A stretch of DNA of 64,000 nt from NCBI GenBank assembly GCA_021159185.1, contig JAGGSH010000012.1, forward strand, positions 1,235 to 65,234. Reading direction: 5' to 3'. The notes under the pieces are model-generated. The model saw only the letters and a list, made by a program, of their open reading frames with translations, searched no databases and was not told the DNA's origin. Source of the DNA: a bacterium (GTDB taxonomy: Bacteria; Patescibacteriota; Minisyncoccia; Moranbacterales; UBA9337). The position numbers and the translations under genes are program-made. This document shows, in pieces, positions 9,009-18,148 of the stretch (the stretch's first letter is position 1; every line of letters begins with the position of its first letter).

Positions 9009-9116
9009 AAGCAAAAAACAAGAATAACAAAAAAATAAAGTACTTCATAATTCCATAAACTACGCGTTTCAATCACACAATATCATCTTACTATATTTTT
9101 TAGTTTTAGAGAAATA

Positions 9117-9148
9117 AAAAACTGGAACCGTAATTGATTCCAGCTTAT
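9117..9148 (-). terminator. putative rho-independent terminator (minus strand)
   Basis: On the minus strand reads GCTGGAATCAATTACGGTTCCAG followed by TTTTTTATTTC. Lies downstream of the 9443..9712 gene and the small ORF. Confidence 0.45.
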
Positions 9149-9250
9149 AAAACTTTTTTTCACCTCCCCTGTTTTACCGAGGGCGCTAAACCCCCGCCAA
9201 TGCTTCAGTTCACAGAACTTAGCATCTCTTAGATAATGACCACCTACCTT

Positions 9251-9337
9251 TCACGATAAATTTTCTGAGTTGCTAATCTTAGCTCTATTTTCCACAATCG
9301 CCCTAGCCATTTTGGACATTTCCATATTCTCGTACAT
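9251..9337 (-). CDS. possible 28-aa small protein (MYENMEMSKMARAIVENRAKISNSENLS)
   Basis: Perfect RBS GGAGG 8 nt upstream of the ATG at 9337-9335. Lies in an otherwise ORF-free 430-bp region. Below the ORF-track threshold and purely sequence-inferred. Confidence 0.25.
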   Translation of the reverse strand: MYENMEMSKMARAIVENRAKISNSENLS

Positions 9338-9442
9338 TTAGCAATCCTCCTTTTGGCATTAAAATAGTTGGTACTTCTTCTATCTTTAATGGCAGTTACC
9401 TCCTTTCAAATTTGTAAAAAATTTCACCATTTTCTCTCAATA

Positions 9443-9712
9443 TTAAGAATGAACTCTTTTTTTACAAACAGGGCACATTATATTCCTATGCCCATCAGAA
9501 TATTCCAACCAAAACATTTGTTCGCAATGAGGACAAGTATATCTAACCAATCTATAATTCTTTTCAAAAGGATTATACCTCACCGTCGCTTCAGGCAATT
9601 TTTCCTGATTTGACAATTTTTCTTGCGACGCTTTGCTCGCTATTAGTTTTTTCGCATTGCGTCCAAATCTTTTTTGATGATTGTGACCGATAGTCGTTTT
9701 AGCGCTAAACAT
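9443..9712 (-). CDS. hypothetical zinc-ribbon protein (CPHC...CPVC)
   Basis: 89-aa basic ORF with two CxxC pairs 17 residues apart. No family recognised. Confidence 0.5.
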   Translation of the reverse strand: MFSAKTTIGHNHQKRFGRNAKKLIASKASQEKLSNQEKLPEATVRYNPFEKNYRLVRYTCPHCEQMFWLEYSDGHRNIMCPVCKKRVHS

Positions 9713-9803
9713 CCTGCCTCCTTTTGTCAGCTAATTGTTTTGGGCAATATGCCCACTTACTATATTTTAAATTCTTTTGTCAACGAGCTAAGACGCTTAT
9801 TGC

Positions 9804-10490
9804 TTACTTCCACCCTTTCGTTTCCAATCCCTTTTTAGCCGCTTCTCTTTGGGCGTCTTGTTTAGATATCCCTTTCCCTTCAGCAACCAATTCTTCGTCT
9901 AAATAAACTCCAACGATAAAGTGCTTATCATGATCCGGTCCCCATTCTTTTATCAATTTATAGCTGGGAGTAATTTTCTCATGCTCTTGCGCCATTTCTT
10001 GAAAATAGCTTTTGGAATCCATATATGATTTATCTTTCAATACCTTATCTAGATTAACAACTATATTTTTTAAAATAAATTTTTCCGCCGCGCCGTATCC
10101 TTGATCTAGATAAATGGCTCCGATGATAGCTTCCATAGCATTGGCCAAAAGATATTGCCTGGCGCGCCCAGTGTCCTTGGTTTCTCCTTTGCTCATTAAT
10201 AAATAATTATCCACATTTAAACCCTTGGCTACTTTCGCCAACATTTCGCCATTAACCAGCGCCGCCCGCCAGCTGGTAAGATCTCCTTCCGGATTGGGAT
10301 AATTTTTATACAAATAATCTGTCACCGCCAGTTCCAAAACCGCGTCCCCCAAATATTCCATTCTTTCATTATGGTTTAATTTATAACCGCGGTGTTCATT
10401 GAGATAAGAGCGGTGAGTCAAAGCTTCCTGTAAAAATTTTATATCGTTAAATTTTATTCCGATTTTTTTGGAAAAATTTTCAATAGGCAT
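9804..10490 (-). CDS. rnc: ribonuclease III
   Basis: RNase III signature HRSY...NERMEYLGDAVLELAVTDYLY and a C-terminal dsRBD (QEMAQE...GKGISKQDAQREAAKKGL). The likely start is M9 (MPIENFSKK). The listed ORF extends to 10514. Confidence 0.9.
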   Translation of the reverse strand: MPIENFSKKIGIKFNDIKFLQEALTHRSYLNEHRGYKLNHNERMEYLGDAVLELAVTDYLYKNYPNPEGDLTSWRAALVNGEMLAKVAKGLNVDNYLLMSKGETKDTGRARQYLLANAMEAIIGAIYLDQGYGAAEKFILKNIVVNLDKVLKDKSYMDSKSYFQEMAQEHEKITPSYKLIKEWGPDHDKHFIVGVYLDEELVAEGKGISKQDAQREAAKKGLETKGWK

Positions 10491-10504
10491 AGACACGCAA
10501 AACC

Positions 10505-10625
10505 TAAAATTCAAAGCTCAAATTTCAAATCAAGCACTAAATCTAAAATGCCAAATGGTTATTTTAATTTTTTAGATTTTGAGCTTGATTTGTTATTTTT
10601 ATTTTGAAATTTGGATTTTAAAAAT
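10505..10625. repeat. Family E AT-rich palindromic element (copy E1)
   Basis: Imperfect ~120-bp palindrome TTCAAAGCTCAAATTTCAAATCAAGC...GCTTGATTTG..TTGAAATTTGG. Its 5' half is highly similar to 57371-57412 (E2). Confidence 0.65.
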
Positions 10626-10643
10626 TTAAAAAAATTAACTGCT

Positions 10644-11129
10644 CTATTTCTCTTCCAACTTTTCTTCCTCAATATTCTTTTTTTTGTCCGATTCATCGTC
10701 TTTCATCGGTTCTCCCATCTCGCGATAAATTGTTCCCAGCACCCCATTTACAAACTTAGCGGAGTTTGGTCCGCCAAAAGCCTTGGCTAATTCTATGGCT
10801 TCATTGATAGCCACTTTTGGGGGAACTTCATCATAATTCCCATGCATAAGTTCATATATTCCCAGCCTCAAAATATTTCTATCCACTACGGTAATTTGAG
10901 CAATCGGCCATTCCGGAGCGCACTTTTCAATCAGTTCATCTATTTTTTTCTTGTTCTTCAAAACTCCCTCGGTCAATGATTTGGCAAATTCCGTTTCGCT
11001 TGATCCGGAAGCGAAATTTTCTACATTGCGCTGAATTATTTTCGACATTTTATCATTCTGGCAACCTTGAAAATCCCATTCAAAAAGGGATTGCATCGCT
11101 ATTGACCGCTGGAGATGCCTATTTGCCAT
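10644..11129 (-). CDS. nusB: transcription antitermination factor NusB
   Basis: LFEWDFQG...[47 protein letters not shown] is a canonical NusB fold. Acidic C-terminal tail. Confidence 0.88.
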   Translation of the reverse strand: MANRHLQRSIAMQSLFEWDFQGCQNDKMSKIIQRNVENFASGSSETEFAKSLTEGVLKNKKKIDELIEKCAPEWPIAQITVVDRNILRLGIYELMHGNYDEVPPKVAINEAIELAKAFGGPNSAKFVNGVLGTIYREMGEPMKDDESDKKKNIEEEKLEEK

Positions 11130-11316
11130 TTTTGCTTTTCTTTAAAACATTAATAACTTCCCGGCCTTTATAATATCCGCATTTGGGGCAAACGCGGTGA
11201 GGAATTATAAAAGTTCCGCATTTGGGACATTTTTGAAGTTTCTTGGCAGTAAGTTTGTGATTGACTCTGCTCCTGTCTCTTCTGCTTTTATTGTGCCTTT
11301 GTTTCGGTACTGGCAT
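11119..11316 (-). CDS. rpmF: 50S ribosomal protein L32 (zinc-ribbon type)
   Basis: [17 protein letters not shown]...[25 protein letters not shown] matches the CxxC L32 of Gram-positive type. The likely start is M4 of the listed ORF. Overlaps the nusB start by ~10 nt. Confidence 0.85.
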   Translation of the reverse strand: MPVPKQRHNKSRRDRSRVNHKLTAKKLQKCPKCGTFIIPHRVCPKCGYYKGREVINVLKKSKNGK

Positions 11317-11475
11317 AAGTCGCAAATCTCAAAACATGCAACTCGAAACTCAAGAAAAAGAAAATTTTGAGTTATAAGTTTTGAGTTATAAGTTAAAATT
11401 TATAATATATCTCACTATCGCACAGCTTAGCACTAAATATGCTTCATAGCAAGAATGAAAATAAAAAATGCTAAC

Positions 11476-11552
11476 TGGTCCGCCCGACAGGATTTGAACC
11501 TGTGACCATTTGCTTAAAAGGCAACTGCTCTACCAAGCTGAGCTACGGGCGG
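11476..11552 (-). tRNA. tRNA-Lys (anticodon UUU)
   Basis: Reverse complement reads CCGCCCG-TA-GCTCAGCTTGGTAGAGC-A-GTTGC-CTTTTAA-GCAAA-TGGTC-ACAGGTTCAAATCCTGT-CGGGCGG-A-CCA. Nearly collinear with E. coli tRNA-Lys. CCA is encoded. Confidence 0.9.
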
Positions 11553-11610
11553 TTAAACGCTAGCGCAAACAAATAATATTGTACTAAAAATTTCATTTTA
11601 GTCAAGTCTG

Positions 11611-12111
11611 CTACTTTGATTTTCTATTGATAAAAAATAAAAACACCAGCGGGGCTGTCATCCAAAAAATTCTAGCAGAAGGCGAAGCGAAATACTGATA
11701 CATATTCTGCGAAACATATTCCAATAATTTATCTGATGGAACCATAGAAATAATTACGCTGAAAATAAGCCCCACTTCTAAAAAGCTCATTACCACCAGC
11801 CGTCCGAAGAAACCGGATCCCGAACTGGGAATGTGAATATCAAACAAGCTATCCCCTATAATAGTCAGCACCGTTAGTAAAAGCAGGAATAATAATAAGT
11901 TTGAATTAGCGTAAAGATTTAAAAAGTTTTCCGGAATAACCATCAAAATAGCTACGGCGATGTAAACATTTATTAATATATTGGCCAGCCGAAATCTTCC
12001 CACAAACATTCCGAACATTAGGCTGATCGCCACTAAAACCAAAAACAGCGACATATCTCCCGCCAATTTATCCGAAATGCCCATTTTTAAAAAAATACTG
12101 TTTAACCCCAT
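11611..12111 (-). CDS. hypothetical polytopic membrane protein
   Basis: 166 aa with about five hydrophobic helices. No recognisable motifs. Confidence 0.5.
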   Translation of the reverse strand: MGLNSIFLKMGISDKLAGDMSLFLVLVAISLMFGMFVGRFRLANILINVYIAVAILMVIPENFLNLYANSNLLLFLLLLTVLTIIGDSLFDIHIPSSGSGFFGRLVVMSFLEVGLIFSVIISMVPSDKLLEYVSQNMYQYFASPSARIFWMTAPLVFLFFINRKSK

Positions 12112-12166
12112 AATTTTTGCTGATTAGACAAAACAAAAGCCATCCGCTACTATTGTATTGTAAAAT

Positions 12167-13630
12167 ATGACTGGAATAAATACAAGAAAAATATTCTTTT
12201 GGTTATTGACGCTGTTTTTTATTTTCACGGCTCTGTTGGTTATTTTTTATACACTGGGCTACCGCTTTAATTTCAAAAGAGGAATTTTTATTTACACCGG
12301 GGCAGTCACCGTCAAGTCTCTCCCCCAAAAAGTGAGTATTTTTATTGACGACGAACCAATCTCCAATAAAAGAACAAACTATTTAAATAATTCTTATCAT
12401 ATTAACGGAGTAAAGCCTCGCAGCCATTTATTAGAAATAAAAGCGCCCGGATACAATACTTGGTTTAAAAAAGTGGCTGTTCATAGCGGAGTTTCAACGG
12501 AGTTCTGGAATGTTCTCCTTACTAAAGAAAGGTATTCTCCCGAAAAATATTTCGCCCATAAAATAGAAAAATTTTTCATATCTCCCAAAAGCAAGAAAAT
12601 AGCTTATGTTCAAAACGAACAAAAAACGGGGGAATTTTTGGTAAAAATACTTGATATTGAAACCGGGATATCAGAAAATATATTTTCCTCCAAGGAATAT
12701 AAATTTTCCACCGATGGGACAGAGAATATTGAATGGTCTCCTCAAGCGCATAAAATTATAATTCCTGCTCAAGAAGAAAGCGGAAAATATTATTTTATTA
12801 TAGATATTGAAAATAAGCAAGCTGTCAATTTTAAAGATATCGTTTCTGAAAAAAAAATACGAAATGTTCGTTGGGATCCTTCAAGCAAAGATTTTTTATT
12901 TTATGTAACGGAAGGATGCTTGCACAGATTAAATCTTAATGACCCGGAAGAAAATAATATTTTAGCTCAAAATATAGCCGGCTATGATTTGTCTTCATCG
13001 GATATTTTTTATCTTCAATCCGGCAACGGGATAATTTACAAGGCTGATCTAAAAAACGGAAAATCTGAAAAGCAAATCACTACCTCTCCGATAAGCGGCG
13101 CGGAAAGCTCTAACTTTCGCGTCATAGCTTACGACGAAAAGAGAATCGCTGTTATTAGCGGCGATAAAAAACTCTATATTTATAATGACGGGGAAAAAGA
13201 AAAATATTTTAACCAACCGGCGGGAGAAATTTTGGGCGTCCAATTTTCCAATGACGGTAAAAAATTATTATATTGGACCGACAGAGAAATTTTCGTTTAT
13301 TTCACCCGCGATTGGGATGTCCAGCCAGCGCGAATGGAAAATGAAACCAAGCTTATTACCCGCTTTTCCCGCCAAATTAAAAATGTTCAATGGTCCAAAG
13401 AATATGAGCACATTATTTTCAGCGCGGAAAATGTTATAAAAATTATTGAGCTGGACCGCCGCGACCATCGCAACACTATGGATATTGTAAAGCTTAATAG
13501 CGATAATTCACAAGTGATAGCCAATTTTTCCGAAAACAAATTATATTTCACGGATATCAATGAAAATGAATCTTTTTCTGATTTATATTCCATTGAATTC
13601 CCCGATAAAAACGGATTTTTGGGACAGTAA
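12167..13630 (+). CDS. membrane-anchored protein with a PEGA-like domain and TolB-like beta-propeller repeats
   Basis: N-terminal TM helix. Segment SIFIDDEPISNK..YHINGVKPRSHLLEIKAPGYNTWFKKVAV resembles a PEGA domain. The rest has repeated W/Y-containing beta-strand patterns. Confidence 0.4.
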   Translation: MTGINTRKIFFWLLTLFFIFTALLVIFYTLGYRFNFKRGIFIYTGAVTVKSLPQKVSIFIDDEPISNKRTNYLNNSYHINGVKPRSHLLEIKAPGYNTWFKKVAVHSGVSTEFWNVLLTKERYSPEKYFAHKIEKFFISPKSKKIAYVQNEQKTGEFLVKILDIETGISENIFSSKEYKFSTDGTENIEWSPQAHKIIIPAQEESGKYYFIIDIENKQAVNFKDIVSEKKIRNVRWDPSSKDFLFYVTEGCLHRLNLNDPEENNILAQNIAGYDLSSSDIFYLQSGNGIIYKADLKNGKSEKQITTSPISGAESSNFRVIAYDEKRIAVISGDKKLYIYNDGEKEKYFNQPAGEILGVQFSNDGKKLLYWTDREIFVYFTRDWDVQPARMENETKLITRFSRQIKNVQWSKEYEHIIFSAENVIKIIELDRRDHRNTMDIVKLNSDNSQVIANFSENKLYFTDINENESFSDLYSIEFPDKNGFLGQ

Positions 13631-13780
13631 ATAATAGCATATGAGTGCTAAAAATAATAAGGCGCCATAATAAATACTGAATTTAAAATTACCTTCCACT
13701 ACTGCATAATCGTGCAGTAATCGCATAATGTTAAAATGAGATTGTGTGTCCTTATGTGGTTATATGGACATCTAGATACA

Positions 13781-13811
13781 AAAAACACTGAATTAAATTT
13801 CAGTGTTTTTT
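13781..13811. terminator. bidirectional rho-independent terminator
   Basis: AAAAACACTGAATTAAATTTCAGTGTTTTTT: 9-bp stem flanked by an A-run and a T-run. Sits between the convergent 12167..13630 (+) and rpsI (-). Confidence 0.6.
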
Positions 13812-13841
13812 GCAATAAAATAAATAAAAATTCGTAAAATC

Positions 13842-14312
13842 CTATCTCTTCTGCCACTGGGGCGCTCGGCGGGCTTTTTTTAGTCCGGGTTTTTTTCGCT
13901 CTACAATTCTGGCGTCGCGAGTCAGAAATCCGGCGCTTTTAAGAGGTTTTCTAAAATTCTCGTCAAATTTTACTAACGCCCTGGCAATTCCCAGCCTGAT
14001 AGCTTTCACTTGTCCGCTTAATCCCCCGCCTTTAACTAAAACGGATATTCGCAATTTATTCTGCATTCCTGCTGTTTTGAGCGCGCTGAGAAAAATATTT
14101 TGCAATGCCAATATAGGAAAATATTCTTTCATTTTTCTCTCATTAACAGCCAAACCATCCTCTCCCGCCTTTTTTTCAGGATAAAGACGTACTTGCGCTA
14201 CGGAAGTCTTTCTTCGACCAACCGCGTAAAAATATTTCTCGGGCGCCTTAACCGCTTCCGATTTTTTAACAGTCTTTTTAATATTCTTTTTTTCTTTAAC
14301 TTTTTCCGCCAT
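13842..14312 (-). CDS. rpsI: 30S ribosomal protein S9 (N-terminal K-rich extension)
   Basis: C-terminus ...GLKKARRAPQWQKR and YAVGRRKTSVAQVRL are canonical S9. About 25 extra N-terminal residues. Confidence 0.9.
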   Translation of the reverse strand: MAEKVKEKKNIKKTVKKSEAVKAPEKYFYAVGRRKTSVAQVRLYPEKKAGEDGLAVNERKMKEYFPILALQNIFLSALKTAGMQNKLRISVLVKGGGLSGQVKAIRLGIARALVKFDENFRKPLKSAGFLTRDARIVERKKPGLKKARRAPQWQKR

Positions 14313-14318
14313 AACTTA

Positions 14319-14732
14319 TTATTCGTGATTATTTGCGATTGAATCAGTGTTGATTAGGGATTCATATTTTCCAGGCGCGTCTTTTTTATAAATAAACAGC
14401 CTTTTCAGCATACAGCGCCTTAATTTATTTTTGGGAAGCATTCCGTAAACCGCGCTTTTTATAATTTTCCGAGAGTCTTTTTTAATTTGATCTTTAAAGG
14501 CTATTTCCGTAATCCCCCCGGGATAGCCGCTGAAACGATAATATATCTTACCCTTGGTTTTATTGCCTGTAACTTTCACTTCGTCGGAATTTGTTATCAC
14601 CGCAAAACCGCCTCCGTCAACATTGGGAGTAAAATCAACTTTGTTCCGCCCGCTAAGAACCTCGGCAATTTCAACCGCCAAGCGCCCTAAAATTTTCCCT
14701 TGAGCGTTAAATAAATGGTATTTCCTGTTCAT
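14319..14732 (-). CDS. rplM: 50S ribosomal protein L13
   Basis: KYHLFNAQGKILGRLAVEIAEVLSGRNK..FTPNVDGGGFAVI is canonical L13. Confidence 0.9.
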   Translation of the reverse strand: MNRKYHLFNAQGKILGRLAVEIAEVLSGRNKVDFTPNVDGGGFAVITNSDEVKVTGNKTKGKIYYRFSGYPGGITEIAFKDQIKKDSRKIIKSAVYGMLPKNKLRRCMLKRLFIYKKDAPGKYESLINTDSIANNHE

Positions 14733-14791
14733 AATGATATAAATTTCTGATTCGCCAGTTTTTTATATATTCCTCTTGATTGTCTTCCATA

Positions 14792-14882
14792 TGTCATTCC
14801 CGCCCCGCTAAGCGGGGGGATCCAGAGTGATTTCTGGAGTTAGTAATTTCATCCTGGATTCCCGATCAAGTCGGGAATGACA
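14792..14882. repeat. Family A palindromic element (copy A4)
   Basis: TGTCATTCCCGCCCCGCTAAGCGGGGGGATCCAGAG...CCTGGATTCCCGATCAAGTCGGGAATGACA. The 5' flank CTTCCATATGTCATTCCC is shared with A7. Confidence 0.85.
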
Positions 14883-14893
14883 TTAGAGCAATC

Positions 14894-15259
14894 TCATACA
14901 AATTCTATCATCGCCATTTTGGCGCTATCGCTTTCTCTGGCTTTCAATTTTATAATTCTTGTGTATCCGCTATTTCTTGTTTCAAATTTTTTTGAATAAT
15001 CCCCCGTTATTTTTTTAACCGCTTCCGCGGAAATTTTGCAACTTAAATTTCTTATCATCGCCACTTTATCAATTTTGCCATTTTTGTTTTTTTTAACCTC
15101 GCTGACAAGCTTATCTATCAATGGCTTTATTTCTTTCGCCTTAGCTTCAGTGGTAGTAATTTTTTCATTCATTATTAAACTTCCCAACAGCGTTTTTTTT
15201 AACGCTCTCCTTTGCTTTCTGACTCGGCTTAATTTTCGTCCCGCTTTTTTATGCTTCAT
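14894..15259 (-). CDS. rplQ: 50S ribosomal protein L17
   Basis: MKHKKAGRKLSRVRKQRRALKKTL...TTEAKAKEIKP...GYTRIIKL is canonical L17. Confidence 0.9.
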   Translation of the reverse strand: MKHKKAGRKLSRVRKQRRALKKTLLGSLIMNEKITTTEAKAKEIKPLIDKLVSEVKKNKNGKIDKVAMIRNLSCKISAEAVKKITGDYSKKFETRNSGYTRIIKLKARESDSAKMAMIEFV

Positions 15260-15269
15260 AGCGCTTAAA

Positions 15270-16247
15270 TTATTTGGAGCTTTTTAATATAAGCCCGAAA
15301 CTTCCAATGGCTTTTTTCATTTCTTTTACGCCTTTGCCACCCATTCCTTCCAGTCCGATTAATTCCTTTTCCGACAATTTAACTATATCACCCACTTTTG
15401 ATATTTTATTGGCGCTTAAAGTATTCAGCGTTCTAGTGGAAAGGACTTTAAGATCTTCTACCTTTATTTTTTTCGGGTCAGGTATTTCTTTTTGAGCCTT
15501 TTTTGGCTTCACCGCTTTCATTTCTCTTTCTTCACCTTTTTTATCCTTTTTCTTCTCCTCCGAAGAAAGTTCAAAAAGCGCGGAGAACTGGTCAACCAAA
15601 ATATGCGTCGCTTTTTTAAACGCCTCTTGAGGAGAAATACTTCCATCCGTAATAATTTCTAAAGTAACCCTGTTATAATCAGTTCTTTTGCCTACCCTCA
15701 TATTTTCTATAACATAGTTTACTCTCCTAATAGGCGTGTAAACAGCATCAATAGCTATCACTCCGACTTTTTTTTCTTTTCTTTCTTGCTGTTCCACCGG
15801 CACATAGCCCATTCCTCTGCTAATTTCCAAATCCATTTTAATTTCAGTATCTTTATCCGTGGCATTGGAAATAAGCTGGCTAGTATTCATTACTTCCACG
15901 CTGGAAGGACATTCAATCTCCTTAGCGGTAACCTTGCCTTCTCCTTTCCAATTCAAACTGGCTGTAACAGGCTCGTCTCCATGCATTTTAAGCCGCACTT
16001 TTTTTAAATTAAGTATGATTTGCACAACATCTTCCGGAACTCCTTCAATAGTGGAAAATTCATGCAGAACTCCTTTAATTTTAACCGAGGTAATGGCCGC
16101 GCCTTCCAAGGAAGACAATAATACCCGGCGAATAGCATTGCCTAAGGTAGCTCCATACCCGGGATGGCAGCCTTCTATTATAAATTTTCCGCTGTTTTTG
16201 CCTGTTGAGACAAATTTCGGTTTCTGGGGAAGTGACATAGCTTGCAT
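15270..16247 (-). CDS. rpoA: DNA-directed RNA polymerase subunit alpha
   Basis: GKFIIEGCHPGYGATLGNAIRRVLLSSLEGAAITSVKIKGVLHEFSTIEGV is the alpha NTD. A C-terminal alphaCTD helix-hairpin-helix is present. The start is probably M15 or M18 of the listed ORF (which begins at 16289). Confidence 0.9.
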   Translation of the reverse strand: MQAMSLPQKPKFVSTGKNSGKFIIEGCHPGYGATLGNAIRRVLLSSLEGAAITSVKIKGVLHEFSTIEGVPEDVVQIILNLKKVRLKMHGDEPVTASLNWKGEGKVTAKEIECPSSVEVMNTSQLISNATDKDTEIKMDLEISRGMGYVPVEQQERKEKKVGVIAIDAVYTPIRRVNYVIENMRVGKRTDYNRVTLEIITDGSISPQEAFKKATHILVDQFSALFELSSEEKKKDKKGEEREMKAVKPKKAQKEIPDPKKIKVEDLKVLSTRTLNTLSANKISKVGDIVKLSEKELIGLEGMGGKGVKEMKKAIGSFGLILKSSK

Positions 16248-16323
16248 AAAATTACTGGCGGTGAATTCCGCGCAGAATTTCTGCGCCAAACTGCCGCTAA
16301 GCTAAATATTTATTATAATTTTA

Positions 16324-16956
16324 TTATCTTGAATAATATTCAACCACTAATTGAGGATTAACTCCTACTTCGGTTTTTTCCATGGATGGGCTGGACAAAA
16401 CTTTTCCTTCCAGTTTTTTCGCGTCAAAGCTGATCCATGCGGGAAAATCTTTTTTATTTTTTAAAATCTGGGATCTGTTTTTAAAATAGTTTTTATTTTT
16501 TTTATTGCCTCTCACGGATATTAAATCGCTTGTTTTAATTTTACAAGAAGGAATATTTACCTTTCTTCCATTAACTTCAAAAACGCCATGCCCCACCAGC
16601 TGTCTGGCTAGCGCTCTGGAACTGGCGAAACCCATGCGATAAACTACATTATCCATTCTCATTTCCAATCTTTCCATTAAAAGATCGCCTGTCACTCCTT
16701 CTTTATTTTTAATTTCGTCAAAATGTTTTTTGAATTGTTTTTCCATTATTCCGTAAATCCTTTTGATTTTTTGTTTCATGGCAAGCTGTTTCCCATATTC
16801 ACTCAATCCCCGCCCAAAGTTCTTGCCATGCATTCCCGGCGGATAAGCTTTTTTTATCATAGCGCACTTAGGCGAATTACAACGATCACCTTTCAAAAAA
16901 AGTTTTTCTCCAGCCCTTCGGCATTTTCTGCATTTTGCTTTTGTATCTCTAGCCAT
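16324..16956 (-). CDS. rpsD: 30S ribosomal protein S4
   Basis: CRKCRRAGEKLFLKGDRC..PGMHG...LSEYGKQLAMKQKIKRIYGI is canonical S4. Confidence 0.92.
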   Translation of the reverse strand: MARDTKAKCRKCRRAGEKLFLKGDRCNSPKCAMIKKAYPPGMHGKNFGRGLSEYGKQLAMKQKIKRIYGIMEKQFKKHFDEIKNKEGVTGDLLMERLEMRMDNVVYRMGFASSRALARQLVGHGVFEVNGRKVNIPSCKIKTSDLISVRGNKKNKNYFKNRSQILKNKKDFPAWISFDAKKLEGKVLSSPSMEKTEVGVNPQLVVEYYSR

Positions 16957-16969
16957 AGTTGTTCTTGTA

Positions 16970-17066
16970 ACTCGCCTCTTGTAGCTTGAAACTCAAGATA
17001 AGAAATTGATCAATTATTAAATCTTAATTCTTGGGTTATAAGTTGCGAGTTGCGAGTTTTGAGATT
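16970..17066. repeat. Family R intergenic ~96-bp element (copy R1, rpsM-rpsD spacer)
   Basis: CTCGCCTCTTGTAgCTTGAAACTCAAGATAAGAAATTGATCAATTATTAAATCTTAATTCTTGGGTTATAAGTTGCGAGTTGCGAGTTTTGAGATTA. Near-identical to 17471-17568. Palindromic termini ...ACTCGC / GCGAGTT. Confidence 0.85.
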
Positions 17067-17454
17067 ATGTTTTTTCCGACGCTGATCTTCTTCCGCTTCC
17101 CATCGTGCGCCGCACATTCCCCCTTACGGTTCTGGTGTTAGTCTTGGTTCTCTGCCCTCTTACCGGAAGGCCTTTTTGGTGCCTGATTCCCCGATAGCAT
17201 CCAATTTCTTTTAAACGCCTGATATTCATTTCAACACTATGTTTTAACTCTCCTTCTACGCTGTACTTTTTCTCTATTTCGTTTCTAAGGCTGTTAACTT
17301 CTTCAGCAGATAAATCTTTCGTTTTAGTATCTTTATTAATTTTAAGGCACTCCAAAATTTTTCCACTGCAAGGCTTGCCTATGCCATAAATATAAGTTAA
17401 CGCGATTTCTATTCTCTTGTTATCGGGAATATTAATCCCAGCTATTCTAACCAT
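17065..17454 (-). CDS. rpsM: 30S ribosomal protein S13
   Basis: [26 protein letters not shown]...[24 protein letters not shown] is canonical S13. Confidence 0.93.
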   Translation of the reverse strand: MVRIAGINIPDNKRIEIALTYIYGIGKPCSGKILECLKINKDTKTKDLSAEEVNSLRNEIEKKYSVEGELKHSVEMNIRRLKEIGCYRGIRHQKGLPVRGQRTKTNTRTVRGNVRRTMGSGRRSASEKT

Positions 17455-17470
17455 AATTCTTACAACTCAC

Positions 17471-17568
17471 GACTCGCCTCTTGTAACTTGAAACTCAAGA
17501 TAAGAAATTGATCAATTATTAAATCTTAATTCTTGGGTTATAAGTTGCGAGTTGCGAGTTTTGAGATT
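17471..17568. repeat. Family R intergenic ~96-bp element (copy R2, rpsK-rpsM spacer)
   Basis: Same sequence as R1 with 1-2 mismatches. A degenerate third copy lies at ~18150-18255 (rpmJ-rpsK spacer), and a related motif at 11340-11400 upstream of rpmF. Confidence 0.85.
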
Positions 17569-18148
17569 ACACTCGGCGCGGTTTGCGCGAACGGCATCCA
17601 TTATGAGGTATGGGGGTCATATCTCTAATCGCCAACAGCGTAAACCCGCCATTAGCTAAAGACCTGACGGACGACTCTCTTCCGCTTCCCACACCCTTAA
17701 TAAAAACTTCCAATTCACGGACATCAAATTTTTTCACTTTTTCAGCCACATCTCTGGCCACTTGAGTAGCGGCGTAAGGAGTGGATTTTTTAGCTCCTTT
17801 AAATCCTAGTAATCCCGCGCTAGACCAACCCAAAACGGCGCCGTTAAGATCAGAAATGGTTATCATTGTATTATTGTAAGTGCACTGAATATGCGCCTGC
17901 CCTTTCAGCACCTGCCGTTTTATTTTTTTCTTTTTTTTATTTTTGGCAACCGCTTCCGGTTTTTTCACTCCTCTCTTTTCTTCCATCTTTTTAGTTTTTG
18001 CGTCCTTTTTATTTTTTCCTTTTTTTTCCGGCACAGTTTTATTAGCAATAGATTTAGCAACAGATAATTTATCTATCTTTTGTTTATCTTCCGCATTTTT
18101 AGCGAGAGATTTTTTCTTTTTTTCAATTTTTTTATTTTCCTCTGCCAT
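17567..18148 (-). CDS. rpsK: 30S ribosomal protein S11 with ~75-aa K-rich N-terminal extension
   Basis: GQAHIQCTYNNTMITISDLNGAVLGWSSAG..GFKGAKKSTPYAA..GVGSGRESSVRSL..GGFTLLAIRDMTPIPHNGCR is canonical S11. Preceded by a lysine-rich low-complexity N-terminus. Confidence 0.9.
   Translation of the reverse strand: MAEENKKIEKKKKSLAKNAEDKQKIDKLSVAKSIANKTVPEKKGKNKKDAKTKKMEEKRGVKKPEAVAKNKKKKKIKRQVLKGQAHIQCTYNNTMITISDLNGAVLGWSSAGLLGFKGAKKSTPYAATQVARDVAEKVKKFDVRELEVFIKGVGSGRESSVRSLANGGFTLLAIRDMTPIPHNGCRSRKPRRV

Noticed and set aside
9015-9442. RNase P RNA, tmRNA or SRP RNA in the ORF-free island
   Set aside because: No GGTTCGAATCC-type T-arm with a tag reading frame, no AGGAAAGTCC / ACAGARA..GGCTTA RNase P motifs, and no SRP domain-IV motif were found by eye. 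Left as an unidentified candidate rather than annotated.
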